Positions 17,992 to 26,853 of a stretch of DNA of 43,847 nt are shown here, piece by piece. The notes under the pieces were generated by a model that worked only from the letters and a program-made list of their open reading frames with translations, was not told the origin of the DNA and ran no database searches. Where the stretch lies: NCBI GenBank assembly GCA_048885535.1, contig JBHLLO010000020.1, positions 1 through 43,847 of the forward strand, in the 5' to 3' direction. Source of the stretch: Candidatus Hermodarchaeota archaeon. Its GTDB lineage: Archaea > Asgardarchaeota > Lokiarchaeia > Sigyniarchaeales > SOKP01. Numbering within the stretch: position 1 is the stretch's first letter; the number at the start of each line of letters is the position of its first letter. A program made the position numbers and the translations under genes.

Positions 17992-19671
17992 ATTCCCACT
18001 ATTGATTTAAAAATTGAGAGATTAGAACGATTAGTTGGAAAGAAGTTAGATTTGAAGGAATTAGAATATGACTTGCAGTGGATAAGTTTGGATTTAGAGG
18101 GGATTGATGAGCAGGAAAACAAAATTAAAGTTGAATATAATCCCAATAGACCAGACTTTTCTAGTCCAGAAGGCATTGCAAGAGTTCTTAAAGGTTATTA
18201 TGAACTTGAATTAGGGATACCTAAGTTTGAAATAACTCCAGGAAATATTACTCTGAACGTAGATCCAAGTGTAAAGAAAGTTAGACCATATATTGTATGT
18301 GGAGTAATTCGAAACATCGATTTAGATGAGGATGAGGTTGCTACATTGATGAATATTCAAGAACAACTGCATTGGGCTGTAGGACGAGACAGAAAAAAAG
18401 TAGCAATTGGTGTTCATGACTTAGACAATGTTGTACCTCCCTATAAGTATACTGCTGAAAAACCTGATTCAGTAAGCTTTGAACCCTTACATGGGGATGG
18501 GTACCCAATGAATTTAGAGGAGATTTTATTGCTACACGAAAAGGGTATAGAATATGCCCATATATTGGAAGGAAAGGAAGTTTATCCAGTCATATTTGAT
18601 AAGAACAATGAGGTACTATCATTTCCTCCTATTATAAATGGAGTATTAACTACAGTTACAGATGATACAAAAAATTTATTTTTAGATCTAACTGGCACTG
18701 ACTTTAGTGCAATAAATCTAGCATTAAATATTTTAACTAGTACCCTAGCAGATATGGGGGCAACAATAGAAAGTGTAAAAGTAAATTATGAGGGAGAGAA
18801 AGAAATCATTACCCCTAACTTAGAACCAACCAAATGGGAAGTAGATATAAATTATATCAATAATGTTATAGGTTTGAATTTAACTACTTCAGAAATGATT
18901 AAATGTTTTCAAAAGGTTAGAATGGATGCGGTGAAAGCGAAAAAGAAGGGTTATTTAGACGTTTTTGTACCCGCATATAGAGGAGATATCATTCATCCAA
19001 TAGATTTTACTGAAGAGTGTGCTATGGGTTATGGATATTTTAAATTACCTCTTACAATAAGAGAAGGGGGGATTGGAAAATATCATCCTATACAAGATTT
19101 TTCAAATAAAGTTCGAAGAATAATGATTGGAGCAGGTTATTTAGAAGTCGTCAATTTTCTTTTGGCCAGTTCAGAAAAGCAATTTACATTTATGAAACAA
19201 AAATTTGAAGAAGGAAAAATAACAAAAATCGAAAATCCTGTCTCAAAAGAATATAACACTCTTAGAACAAAAATTTTACCAAAATTAATGGAAACCTTAC
19301 TACTTAATCGATCTGAAGAAAAGCCAATTAGAATTTTTGAAGTAGGAGATGTAATTTTATTAGAGCCCAAAGAAGAAACAGGTGCTAAGAGAGAAATTCA
19401 TCTTGCAGCAGTAACTTATCATGAGGATGCGGATTTTACAGAGATACGCTCAACATTAGATTATTTAATGACAACACTTGGTCATAATACAAATTATGAA
19501 GTAAAAGCCAGTGATAATCCAACTTATATTAAAGGTAGATATGGAGAAATATATCTAAATGGTGTCAAAATTGGTGAAGTTGGAGAAATTCATCCTGAAG
19601 TTTTGACTAGTTTCAAATTAGAATTTCCTGTTGCGGCATTAGAAGTAGAACTTGAGCATTTTGAATTTTAG
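17992..19671 (+). CDS. pheT: Phenylalanine--tRNA ligase beta subunit; probable ATT start at 17992
   Basis: NRPDFSSPEGIAR, QEQLHWAVGRDRKKVAIGVHD, LSFPPIING, IFEVGDV, GEIHPEV. The open frame extends 20 codons above the track's TTG (18052) to ATT-CCC-ACT-ATT, matching the typical MPTI N-terminus. Confidence 0.95.
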   Translation: MPTIDLKIERLERLVGKKLDLKELEYDLQWISLDLEGIDEQENKIKVEYNPNRPDFSSPEGIARVLKGYYELELGIPKFEITPGNITLNVDPSVKKVRPYIVCGVIRNIDLDEDEVATLMNIQEQLHWAVGRDRKKVAIGVHDLDNVVPPYKYTAEKPDSVSFEPLHGDGYPMNLEEILLLHEKGIEYAHILEGKEVYPVIFDKNNEVLSFPPIINGVLTTVTDDTKNLFLDLTGTDFSAINLALNILTSTLADMGATIESVKVNYEGEKEIITPNLEPTKWEVDINYINNVIGLNLTTSEMIKCFQKVRMDAVKAKKKGYLDVFVPAYRGDIIHPIDFTEECAMGYGYFKLPLTIREGGIGKYHPIQDFSNKVRRIMIGAGYLEVVNFLLASSEKQFTFMKQKFEEGKITKIENPVSKEYNTLRTKILPKLMETLLLNRSEEKPIRIFEVGDVILLEPKEETGAKREIHLAAVTYHEDADFTEIRSTLDYLMTTLGHNTNYEVKASDNPTYIKGRYGEIYLNGVKIGEVGEIHPEVLTSFKLEFPVAALEVELEHFEF

Positions 19672-19696
19672 CTCATACTAATTAGAGGTAATTTAT

Positions 19697-19969
19697 ATGG
19701 GTGAAATTGAAAATTATAGAGAAAAATTAGAACAAATTAGGAAGGAAATTGATAAAATTGATGATAATATTGTAGATTTGTTAAATAATAGAGGAGAACT
19801 AGTTTTAAAAATTGGTAAGATTAAAAAAGAGCATAATTTAAAAACTAAACAGTCTAATAGAGAAATTGAAATAATGAAAAGGATTCAGTCCAGATCAACC
19901 TTCTATAAAAAAAGTATTAGTGCTATATGGAAAAAAATAATAAAAGCTAGTCGAAAGATACAAGGTTAA
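19697..19969 (+). CDS. Monofunctional chorismate mutase (AroQ class)
   Basis: LEQIRKEIDKIDDNIVDLLNNR...IGKIK...RE...SRKIQ; SD GAGGT. Confidence 0.85.
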   Translation: MGEIENYREKLEQIRKEIDKIDDNIVDLLNNRGELVLKIGKIKKEHNLKTKQSNREIEIMKRIQSRSTFYKKSISAIWKKIIKASRKIQG

Positions 19970-20177
19970 ATTGCTAGAAGTGGTAAAAATTCTTTGATTT
20001 TAAGTAAAGAGAAAGTATCTAGAAGATTGAGAATTAAGATGTTAATCAATTAACTTACTTGTCAAAGTATTATTTAGATTTTTAAAAGGTTATTAATTAT
20101 ATATTTTTAAATTAATTGTATTTAAAACTCGTTTTTTAAGTACAGAATATAATACATTAAATTCTGGTTAGGTTTAA

Positions 20178-20906
20178 ATGCTCAGAAACGAAAGAATTGA
20201 TGGTCGTGCTTTTAATGAAATAAGGAAAACTACGATTGAGCGTAATTATCTTAAATACCCTGAAGGATCTGTGTTGATAACTCAAGGGAGTACAAAAGTG
20301 ATAATAACAGCTTCTGTATTGGATTATGTTCCCCGATTTTTAGCAGATTCTGGAACTGGATGGATCACAGCAGAGTATAACATGCTCCCAAGAGCAACAC
20401 AAGTAAGAAATAGCCGAGAAAGAGATAGGTTAAGAATTAAAGGAAGAACGCATGAAATTCAACGCCTAATAGGGAGATCGATGAGAGCTGCTTTTGATTA
20501 TGAGAAGATTGGTGAACGAACCATTCAGGTAGATTGTGATGTAATCCAGGCTGATGGAGGAACAAGATGTGCCTCAATAACTGGAGCATTTGTAGCTGTA
20601 TTTGATGCTATCAATTATCTTTATAATGAACATTTAATCTATGATTTTCCAGATTATAAGGTTACAGCAGGAATATCATTAGGCATAAAAAATGATAAAA
20701 TCATTTTAGACTTAAACTACAATGAAGATTCAAAAGTAGATGTAGATTTTAATTTAGTCCAAAATGAAGACTCCGAATTCATAGAAATTCAAGGAACAGC
20801 TGAGGGTGCCACTTTTAGTAAAGAAATGTTCAAAGAAGTCTTAGAGATAGGAGAAATGGGTATTTCAGAATTAATTAAGATTCAAAAAAAATTATTAAAT
20901 CTATAA
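20178..20906 (+). CDS. rph: Ribonuclease PH, bacterial type
   Basis: GWITAEYNMLPRAT, GRTHEIQRLIGRSMRA, DCDVIQADGGTRCASITG, EIQGTAEG. Confidence 0.93.
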   Translation: MLRNERIDGRAFNEIRKTTIERNYLKYPEGSVLITQGSTKVIITASVLDYVPRFLADSGTGWITAEYNMLPRATQVRNSRERDRLRIKGRTHEIQRLIGRSMRAAFDYEKIGERTIQVDCDVIQADGGTRCASITGAFVAVFDAINYLYNEHLIYDFPDYKVTAGISLGIKNDKIILDLNYNEDSKVDVDFNLVQNEDSEFIEIQGTAEGATFSKEMFKEVLEIGEMGISELIKIQKKLLNL

Positions 20907-21046
20907 TTATTTATCATTATTTTTTATCTTTTAATTATAGTTTGTTAGCTATTCTAATTTTTTCTCAAGTTTTCCTCTTAATCAATCAATTTTATTTATT
21001 TTTAATTACTTTTAATTACATTAATGGTCTTAATAAAAGAAAACAT

Positions 21047-22222
21047 ATGAAAAAAGTCTTTATTTTATCTCCATTAGCATTAGAAAATGGAAGAGGTGGA
21101 GAAATATCCTCTATGGAATTAGCATCAGGATTAAATAATTACTTTAATGTAATTTTTGCTGATACTAACCGTTTTTCAGGGAAAAAATTATTTTCCAGGA
21201 AAATAATCTTGAAGAAATTAAAAGGAATTAAAAATGTATATCGATTGAATTTTGCTACTGCTAGAATTGGTAATAAGTATTTTGATATCATCTATCCTTT
21301 GGAATTTAAAAAATTGTATAAATTAACAAAAAACTGTGATATTATCTATAGTTCAATTTCAAATCTTAAAATCAGTCTCATGTTAATGATTTTAAGTACT
21401 TTTAATCGTAAAGTAAAATTTATAATAGGGTATAGGAGACCATTACATTCAGAGAAATTATTTTCGATATATAACTTAAGATATAGATTGACAATACTCT
21501 TGCTCTCTATTTTTAAAAAGAGAGTGTACCACCATGCATTATCCCATTATGCGAAAAGGTTTTTGGATAACTTTTATGATCCTCAAAAAGTTATGCATAT
21601 AACTCATGGAATTCAATTAGATGATTATTTAGTAGAAGATGTTAACAAGGAACCCCTTAATGTATTAAAGTTCGTTTATATCGGCTATTTAGATGACATT
21701 CATAAAGGTGTCAAAGTTTTAGCGAAGGGGGTTGAACGTTTTATTGAAGATCATCGTCCTAAGGATGTTTTCTTCGAGTTTTGTGGGATGGGTCCTTTAG
21801 AATCCCAAATTAAAGCTTTAGAACACAAATTTCCAGAATATATAAGATTTAATGGATATGTAAGTTATGAAAAAATTGTTTCTTATTACCAGAAAAATGA
21901 TGTTTTTCTATTCTCATCAAGGAGAGAACCTTTTCCAAGGGTACTTATGGAAGCTTTAGCAGCAAAATTAGTAATTATATGTAGTAAAACAGTAGGTTCC
22001 ATTGAGTTATTACAAGGAAAAAATTTTGCCTTTTTTATTAAAGAATTGAATCCCGAGGAAATTAGTAAAAAAATTCTTGAAGTATATGAGGAATGGAAGA
22101 AAAATCTTGAACACTTTAGAAAATTACAATCTTTAGCTCAAGGTTTTGTATTTAATAATTATTCCTCTACTATCGAAATATCAATGCTTAAAGATTGGAT
22201 AGACAAAATAACATCTAAATAA
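21047..22222 (+). CDS. Glycosyltransferase family 4 (GT-B)
   Basis: GRGGE, IGYL...HKG, SRREPFPRVLMEA (E-x7-E). ATG 21047 is preferred over the track's TTG 20942, whose extension is T-rich intergenic-like sequence. Confidence 0.88.
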   Translation: MKKVFILSPLALENGRGGEISSMELASGLNNYFNVIFADTNRFSGKKLFSRKIILKKLKGIKNVYRLNFATARIGNKYFDIIYPLEFKKLYKLTKNCDIIYSSISNLKISLMLMILSTFNRKVKFIIGYRRPLHSEKLFSIYNLRYRLTILLLSIFKKRVYHHALSHYAKRFLDNFYDPQKVMHITHGIQLDDYLVEDVNKEPLNVLKFVYIGYLDDIHKGVKVLAKGVERFIEDHRPKDVFFEFCGMGPLESQIKALEHKFPEYIRFNGYVSYEKIVSYYQKNDVFLFSSRREPFPRVLMEALAAKLVIICSKTVGSIELLQGKNFAFFIKELNPEEISKKILEVYEEWKKNLEHFRKLQSLAQGFVFNNYSSTIEISMLKDWIDKITSK

Positions 22223-22227
22223 GGAAT

Positions 22228-23559
22228 TTAATCTTGAATAAAATCTCTTTCTTTAATTATATTTGGAATTTTTCCTTTTATATGAGGGGGAGTTATTATA
22301 CCATAGAGCTTTAATAGTAATGGAACAAAATCCAAATAGGAAATTTCTCTAATTTTTGTTTTTAATACATCTTTTCCATAGGCAATAAAGATTCCAATTT
22401 CTGAGTGATTCAAAGAATTGAAGTGATTTTTTACGAAATATGAACTTTTAACACTAAAAAGAATATTCTTTTTCATCACAATGATGTAATCGGGTAAGTA
22501 TTTTGAATCGAATTCTATTAATCTTTCAACATATTTACATTTTTTCAATGCAATTTCAAGATATTTCTTTAATTTTTTTTCTTTCTTAGATAAATATATT
22601 CCACCATAATTTGAATAGAAGTGCAGGAACCTTGATTTACTTAGTGAAACTTTTTTTTTCTCATGAGAGATTTTAGAACCAAATTTACCTTTTATTCTTG
22701 TTAAATAATACTTAAACCTGTTATGAAAGAAGGTGGTATCAAAGATATTTCTATTAATTAAACCGAATATTTTAATAAAAAGGCTCATTAGTTTAGACAA
22801 GAATTCTGTGTTATAAAACAGAATACCTTCTTTTTCTAAAAATCGTTTTATATTAAATTCATATTTATATGTATCTAATCCGTGGTCACTGATTATAAAC
22901 AAATTATCAAAATCATTAGAATCGAGTATTTCCCCCAAGAATTCATCAATTTTTATATAACCATCTTTTAAAATATTTTGAGTAAGTCCTAATTTATATT
23001 TAGGGTGATGTGTGATACAATCGGGAACGCGGACAATATAAACTAACAAATTAAAGGGTTCTCTGATTTTTTTTAAAAATAATTCCTTCTTAGTTTCAAA
23101 CGCTTTAAAAATCTCGTCTATATTAGACCCATCAATAATCCAATTCTGATCAATAAATTCACCCAGATAATTGGGAAAATACATTTTTTCACTCAACCGT
23201 GGAGTTAATAACCCCGTAATCATTTCACCATTAACATTCCAAGCAGGATAAGTAGAAGGAAGGTTTAAACAAAAAGTTCTTATATTTTCATTATTAAATA
23301 TGCTCTTTTCTTTCCATAAATGTGATGAAAAAACTCCAAAAGAAGGATCATAGAATGTACAATAACCAAGATCTAAAGTTGACAAACCAGAAAAAAGGCA
23401 GGGAAATGATGGGATAGTTACTGGAGGAATAGTAACTCTTAATTTAGAATAAAATCCATTCTTTAATAACCTTTTAAAATTAGGGAGTAACCCTTCTTTA
23501 ACATATGGAAAGATATGGTTAAAGTCACCACCATCAATTCCAATAACTATATTCTTTAT
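22228..23559 (-). CDS. Alkaline-phosphatase-superfamily protein (nucleotide pyrophosphatase/phosphodiesterase-like); probable ATA start
   Basis: The frame is open 58 codons above the track start: (ATA)KNIVIGIDGGDF...VTIPPVTIPSFPCLFSG. Also PDCITH, SDHG, NH..GIFIAYG, DFVP. Confidence 0.85.
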   Translation of the reverse strand: MKNIVIGIDGGDFNHIFPYVKEGLLPNFKRLLKNGFYSKLRVTIPPVTIPSFPCLFSGLSTLDLGYCTFYDPSFGVFSSHLWKEKSIFNNENIRTFCLNLPSTYPAWNVNGEMITGLLTPRLSEKMYFPNYLGEFIDQNWIIDGSNIDEIFKAFETKKELFLKKIREPFNLLVYIVRVPDCITHHPKYKLGLTQNILKDGYIKIDEFLGEILDSNDFDNLFIISDHGLDTYKYEFNIKRFLEKEGILFYNTEFLSKLMSLFIKIFGLINRNIFDTTFFHNRFKYYLTRIKGKFGSKISHEKKKVSLSKSRFLHFYSNYGGIYLSKKEKKLKKYLEIALKKCKYVERLIEFDSKYLPDYIIVMKKNILFSVKSSYFVKNHFNSLNHSEIGIFIAYGKDVLKTKIREISYLDFVPLLLKLYGIITPPHIKGKIPNIIKERDFIQD

Positions 23560-23589
23560 GCCTAACCCTCTTAAAATTTTATTTCTATT

Positions 23590-25047
23590 TTAATCTAAAT
23601 CTAATTTACCGATGGATTTTTGGATTTTAGTTTTCTCTTCTGAATCTTTCACCTTTAATAGATGTATATTTTTTAATTCTCTGAATTCTTCGATTTCTTT
23701 CAGATTCTCGTTTATTAAATTATTTTTCTCTAAAGGATCAGCAGATAAATCATAGAAATTCTCAATATTTTTTTCTTCATCAAAAATGTATTTTTTGTTT
23801 TTACTTCTTATTGAAATCAATACAAATCCTTCTTTCTGATTTCTTTTAATTTTTCCCTTTTTTTGATAACATTCTGATATAATATATTTTTCATCATCAA
23901 GAGATTCACCATAAATTAATGGTAGAAGACTTCTTCCTAAAATATTTTGAGGTTTTTTTATTTTGAAATAATCCAAAATGGTAGCTGGAATATCTCTCAA
24001 TTGAATTAGTGTATTCACTTTATTGATTTGTTTAACTTGTGCTAAATCCACAATAAACAGCGGAACTCTAAGTAGTTCATCATATACATTACCTTGATGG
24101 TGAAAGTATCCATGCTCATAAAAAGATTCACCATGATCTGCAGTTATTATTACTAAACAACTTTTTTTGAATTTCTTTTTTAATGTAGTGAATAGTACGT
24201 CAAAAGATTCATCTAAAAAGTTAATACCTCCATCATATAAATCAATTAATTCATTAATTAATTCTTTCGTGACATTATATTTTTCTGGTGTTTTACGGAT
24301 ATATTCATTTAGATATTCTCTTTTAGAATAATTGATATCAGATTTTCTAAATTTTAAAACATTTTCAGATGGGGGATTAAATGGACTATGAACATCCATA
24401 AAATGAGCCCATAAAAACAAAGATCCTCTGTGTTTATGGAGGAAAGAAATTATTTTTTTAATCACAAATTTAGCGTCATAAGCAATAGAAAGAAAAGGTA
24501 AGAAGATCCGGGTGAAAAGGGGGAATTTATCTCTAATCCAATTACTGATCTTATTAAAGCCCCTTAAACGATATGTGATTTTTCTCGAGAAATTTCTGTA
24601 GTTTAAAATCTTTCTTACTTTCAAACTTAATCTACTCTTGAATGTCAGATTCTTAGGTTTATGGAATTCTGCTTTATATCTCTCTCCATCTAAAAAGATA
24701 TTAAAGCCGCGTTTATAATTAAAAAATTCTCCTAAGTGTGGATTACTATGAATACCATATGTAAAAATGCCTTCATTCTTTAAGATCTGAGGAAGTGTTA
24801 TTTTATTTAAAGGTATAGGACTATAACCTCCATCAGAAAAGGGTAATTTTGAAGTAAAAATTGAAGAAAAAGATGAAGGTGTCTCTGGACCATTTGAGAT
24901 TGCATTAAAAAAGGTCGTTCCTTCTTCAATAAACCTTTCTAAGTTTGGAGCGGTGTTTCTATGATAGCCATATGATTTTATATGATCTGCTCTTAAAGCG
25001 TCGATAGTAATTAGGAAGACAGCTTTTTGTTCTGATGTGTTTACCAT
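23590..25047 (-). CDS. Sulfatase-like hydrolase/transferase (Thr at the nucleophile position)
   Basis: ITIDALRADH, ETPSSF, HFMDVHSP, LYDGGI, TADHGE, YDELLRVPL, DPLEKNN. Confidence 0.88.
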   Translation of the reverse strand: MVNTSEQKAVFLITIDALRADHIKSYGYHRNTAPNLERFIEEGTTFFNAISNGPETPSSFSSIFTSKLPFSDGGYSPIPLNKITLPQILKNEGIFTYGIHSNPHLGEFFNYKRGFNIFLDGERYKAEFHKPKNLTFKSRLSLKVRKILNYRNFSRKITYRLRGFNKISNWIRDKFPLFTRIFLPFLSIAYDAKFVIKKIISFLHKHRGSLFLWAHFMDVHSPFNPPSENVLKFRKSDINYSKREYLNEYIRKTPEKYNVTKELINELIDLYDGGINFLDESFDVLFTTLKKKFKKSCLVIITADHGESFYEHGYFHHQGNVYDELLRVPLFIVDLAQVKQINKVNTLIQLRDIPATILDYFKIKKPQNILGRSLLPLIYGESLDDEKYIISECYQKKGKIKRNQKEGFVLISIRSKNKKYIFDEEKNIENFYDLSADPLEKNNLINENLKEIEEFRELKNIHLLKVKDSEEKTKIQKSIGKLDLD

Positions 25048-25210
25048 TGTAAAAATATAATAATACTAAATTAAATAAGATTTTGAGTCTTTGAGGCTAT
25101 TATCTCTAATTCATTAATTTTATTTATTTTAATATTTTTTAAAAAATTATAACCTCTTATAAGCTAATTTTCTATTTATTAGAATTACCCTTAGAGTGAA
25201 AGCTATACTA

Positions 25211-26737
25211 ATGGAAACTTTTAATAAAAAAATTCTAATCATTGGCATTGATGGTGCTACATGGAGTATTTTAGATGAGGTCTTAGAGAAAGGTTATATG
25301 CCTTATTTAAAGAGTTTAAAAGAAAATGGGGCTCATGGAATATTAAGGTCTACAATTCCCCCCTTATCACCTTCTGCTTGGGGAACTATTCAAACTGGAA
25401 GAGATGCCATAAATAATCACATATATGAGTTTTATAGTTTTGACAAAATAACGAAGAAAGTAAAACTTGTTAATTCAAATTTTTTAAAAAATACAGTTTG
25501 GGATATTCTTAGTAGTGTAGGAAAGAAAGTAGCTGTAGTTAATATTCCTCTCACTTATCCTCCTAAGAAAGTAAATGGTTTTATCATAAGTGGAATAATG
25601 ACTCCTTCTCTTGAGTCTAATTTCACATATCCTTCTGATCTAAAACAAAAAATTTTGCAAAAAATACCTAATTACCAATTAAAATACATCGAAGAAAAGA
25701 AATATGGAAATCCCATAGTTTTTATGAAAAACTTTGTTAAACACAGGATAGAAAATGTAAAGGATAGAACAAAAGCATGTCTATATTTACTTCACAACAA
25801 TATTATTGATATTCTAATGGTAAATTTTCAGGCTAACGATATTTTACAGCATTCTCTTTGGGGTTATATTGAAAGAAGTCATAAACTATATGACGAAAAT
25901 GTTAAAGGTTTTATTTATAGTAATTTTCATAAAAATCTTGATTTTTGTATTGAAACCTTAGTCGAAGAATATAAAAGATATGCAAATGGGAAACTTTTAA
26001 CAATAATCTTATCCGATCATGGATTTGAGTCACATTTAAAGCAATTTTACTTAGGAGATTGGCTTTATAGGCTAAATCTTTTAAAAATTAAAAGAGGATC
26101 AATTAAATCAATAATTAGAAGGAAAATTAGGGAATTTATAGAAAAATTAACTATCCAATCTTTTCAAGTTAAAATTTTAAGGTTATTAAAAAGCCTTTCA
26201 AATATGATTAGTACAGTGCGATCACCAGATAAGAGGTCAACGATTATAGACACCAATTTAGATTTAGAAAATTCTAAAGTTTACTCATCTGGGATAAGTT
26301 TATATGGTTATATCTTTATTTTTCCTGAAGGAAAAGAGAGGCTTCAGATTATAAATTTATTAAAAAAGAAATTATATAATTTAGAGGATTCTGAAACTGG
26401 CTTAAAAATTGTAAAAAAAGTATTTACAAGGGAGGAAATCTATAAAGGTGATCATCCTCATTTAATTCCTGATTTAATTATTCAACCATCTAAGGGATAT
26501 TCATTCACTGGAATGTATAAAGGGAAAAAAAAGCTAATTGAAAAAATCACGTTGAAGGAATCGGAATCAATCGGAAAACACAATGAGGAAGGTATAATAA
26601 TAGTTAATGGTTCAAGCATTACTAAGAAAAAAATTGAAAAGGCATCCCTAAGAGATATTACTCCTACCATTCTTAGGTATTTTGATCTTCCTTTAAAAGA
26701 TGATTTAGATGGAAAAGTATTAGATTGTTTAGAATAA
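25211..26737 (+). CDS. Alkaline-phosphatase-superfamily protein (nucleotide pyrophosphatase/phosphodiesterase-like)
   Basis: IIGIDGATW, STIPPLSPSAW..IQTG, NIPLTYPP, DILQH, SDHGF, GKH, DITPTIL. ATG 25211 follows SD-like GAGTGA (track start is GTG 25196). Confidence 0.9.
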   Translation: METFNKKILIIGIDGATWSILDEVLEKGYMPYLKSLKENGAHGILRSTIPPLSPSAWGTIQTGRDAINNHIYEFYSFDKITKKVKLVNSNFLKNTVWDILSSVGKKVAVVNIPLTYPPKKVNGFIISGIMTPSLESNFTYPSDLKQKILQKIPNYQLKYIEEKKYGNPIVFMKNFVKHRIENVKDRTKACLYLLHNNIIDILMVNFQANDILQHSLWGYIERSHKLYDENVKGFIYSNFHKNLDFCIETLVEEYKRYANGKLLTIILSDHGFESHLKQFYLGDWLYRLNLLKIKRGSIKSIIRRKIREFIEKLTIQSFQVKILRLLKSLSNMISTVRSPDKRSTIIDTNLDLENSKVYSSGISLYGYIFIFPEGKERLQIINLLKKKLYNLEDSETGLKIVKKVFTREEIYKGDHPHLIPDLIIQPSKGYSFTGMYKGKKKLIEKITLKESESIGKHNEEGIIIVNGSSITKKKIEKASLRDITPTILRYFDLPLKDDLDGKVLDCLE

Positions 26738-26853
26738 TAATTGACAGATTTTTCACATTTTGAATCAAATTTCATGATTTTCAACAAATTTTTTAATTTT
26801 TATCAATTCTAACTAGTTAAAGTTGAGTGTTTCACTTTATCTGGTGATTTCTG

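Noticed and set aside
20942-21046. Hydrophobic N-terminal extension of GT4 that resembles a signal or TM anchor
   Set aside because: Derived from T-rich intergenic sequence after rph. The GT-B fold starts at MKKVFILSP (21047).
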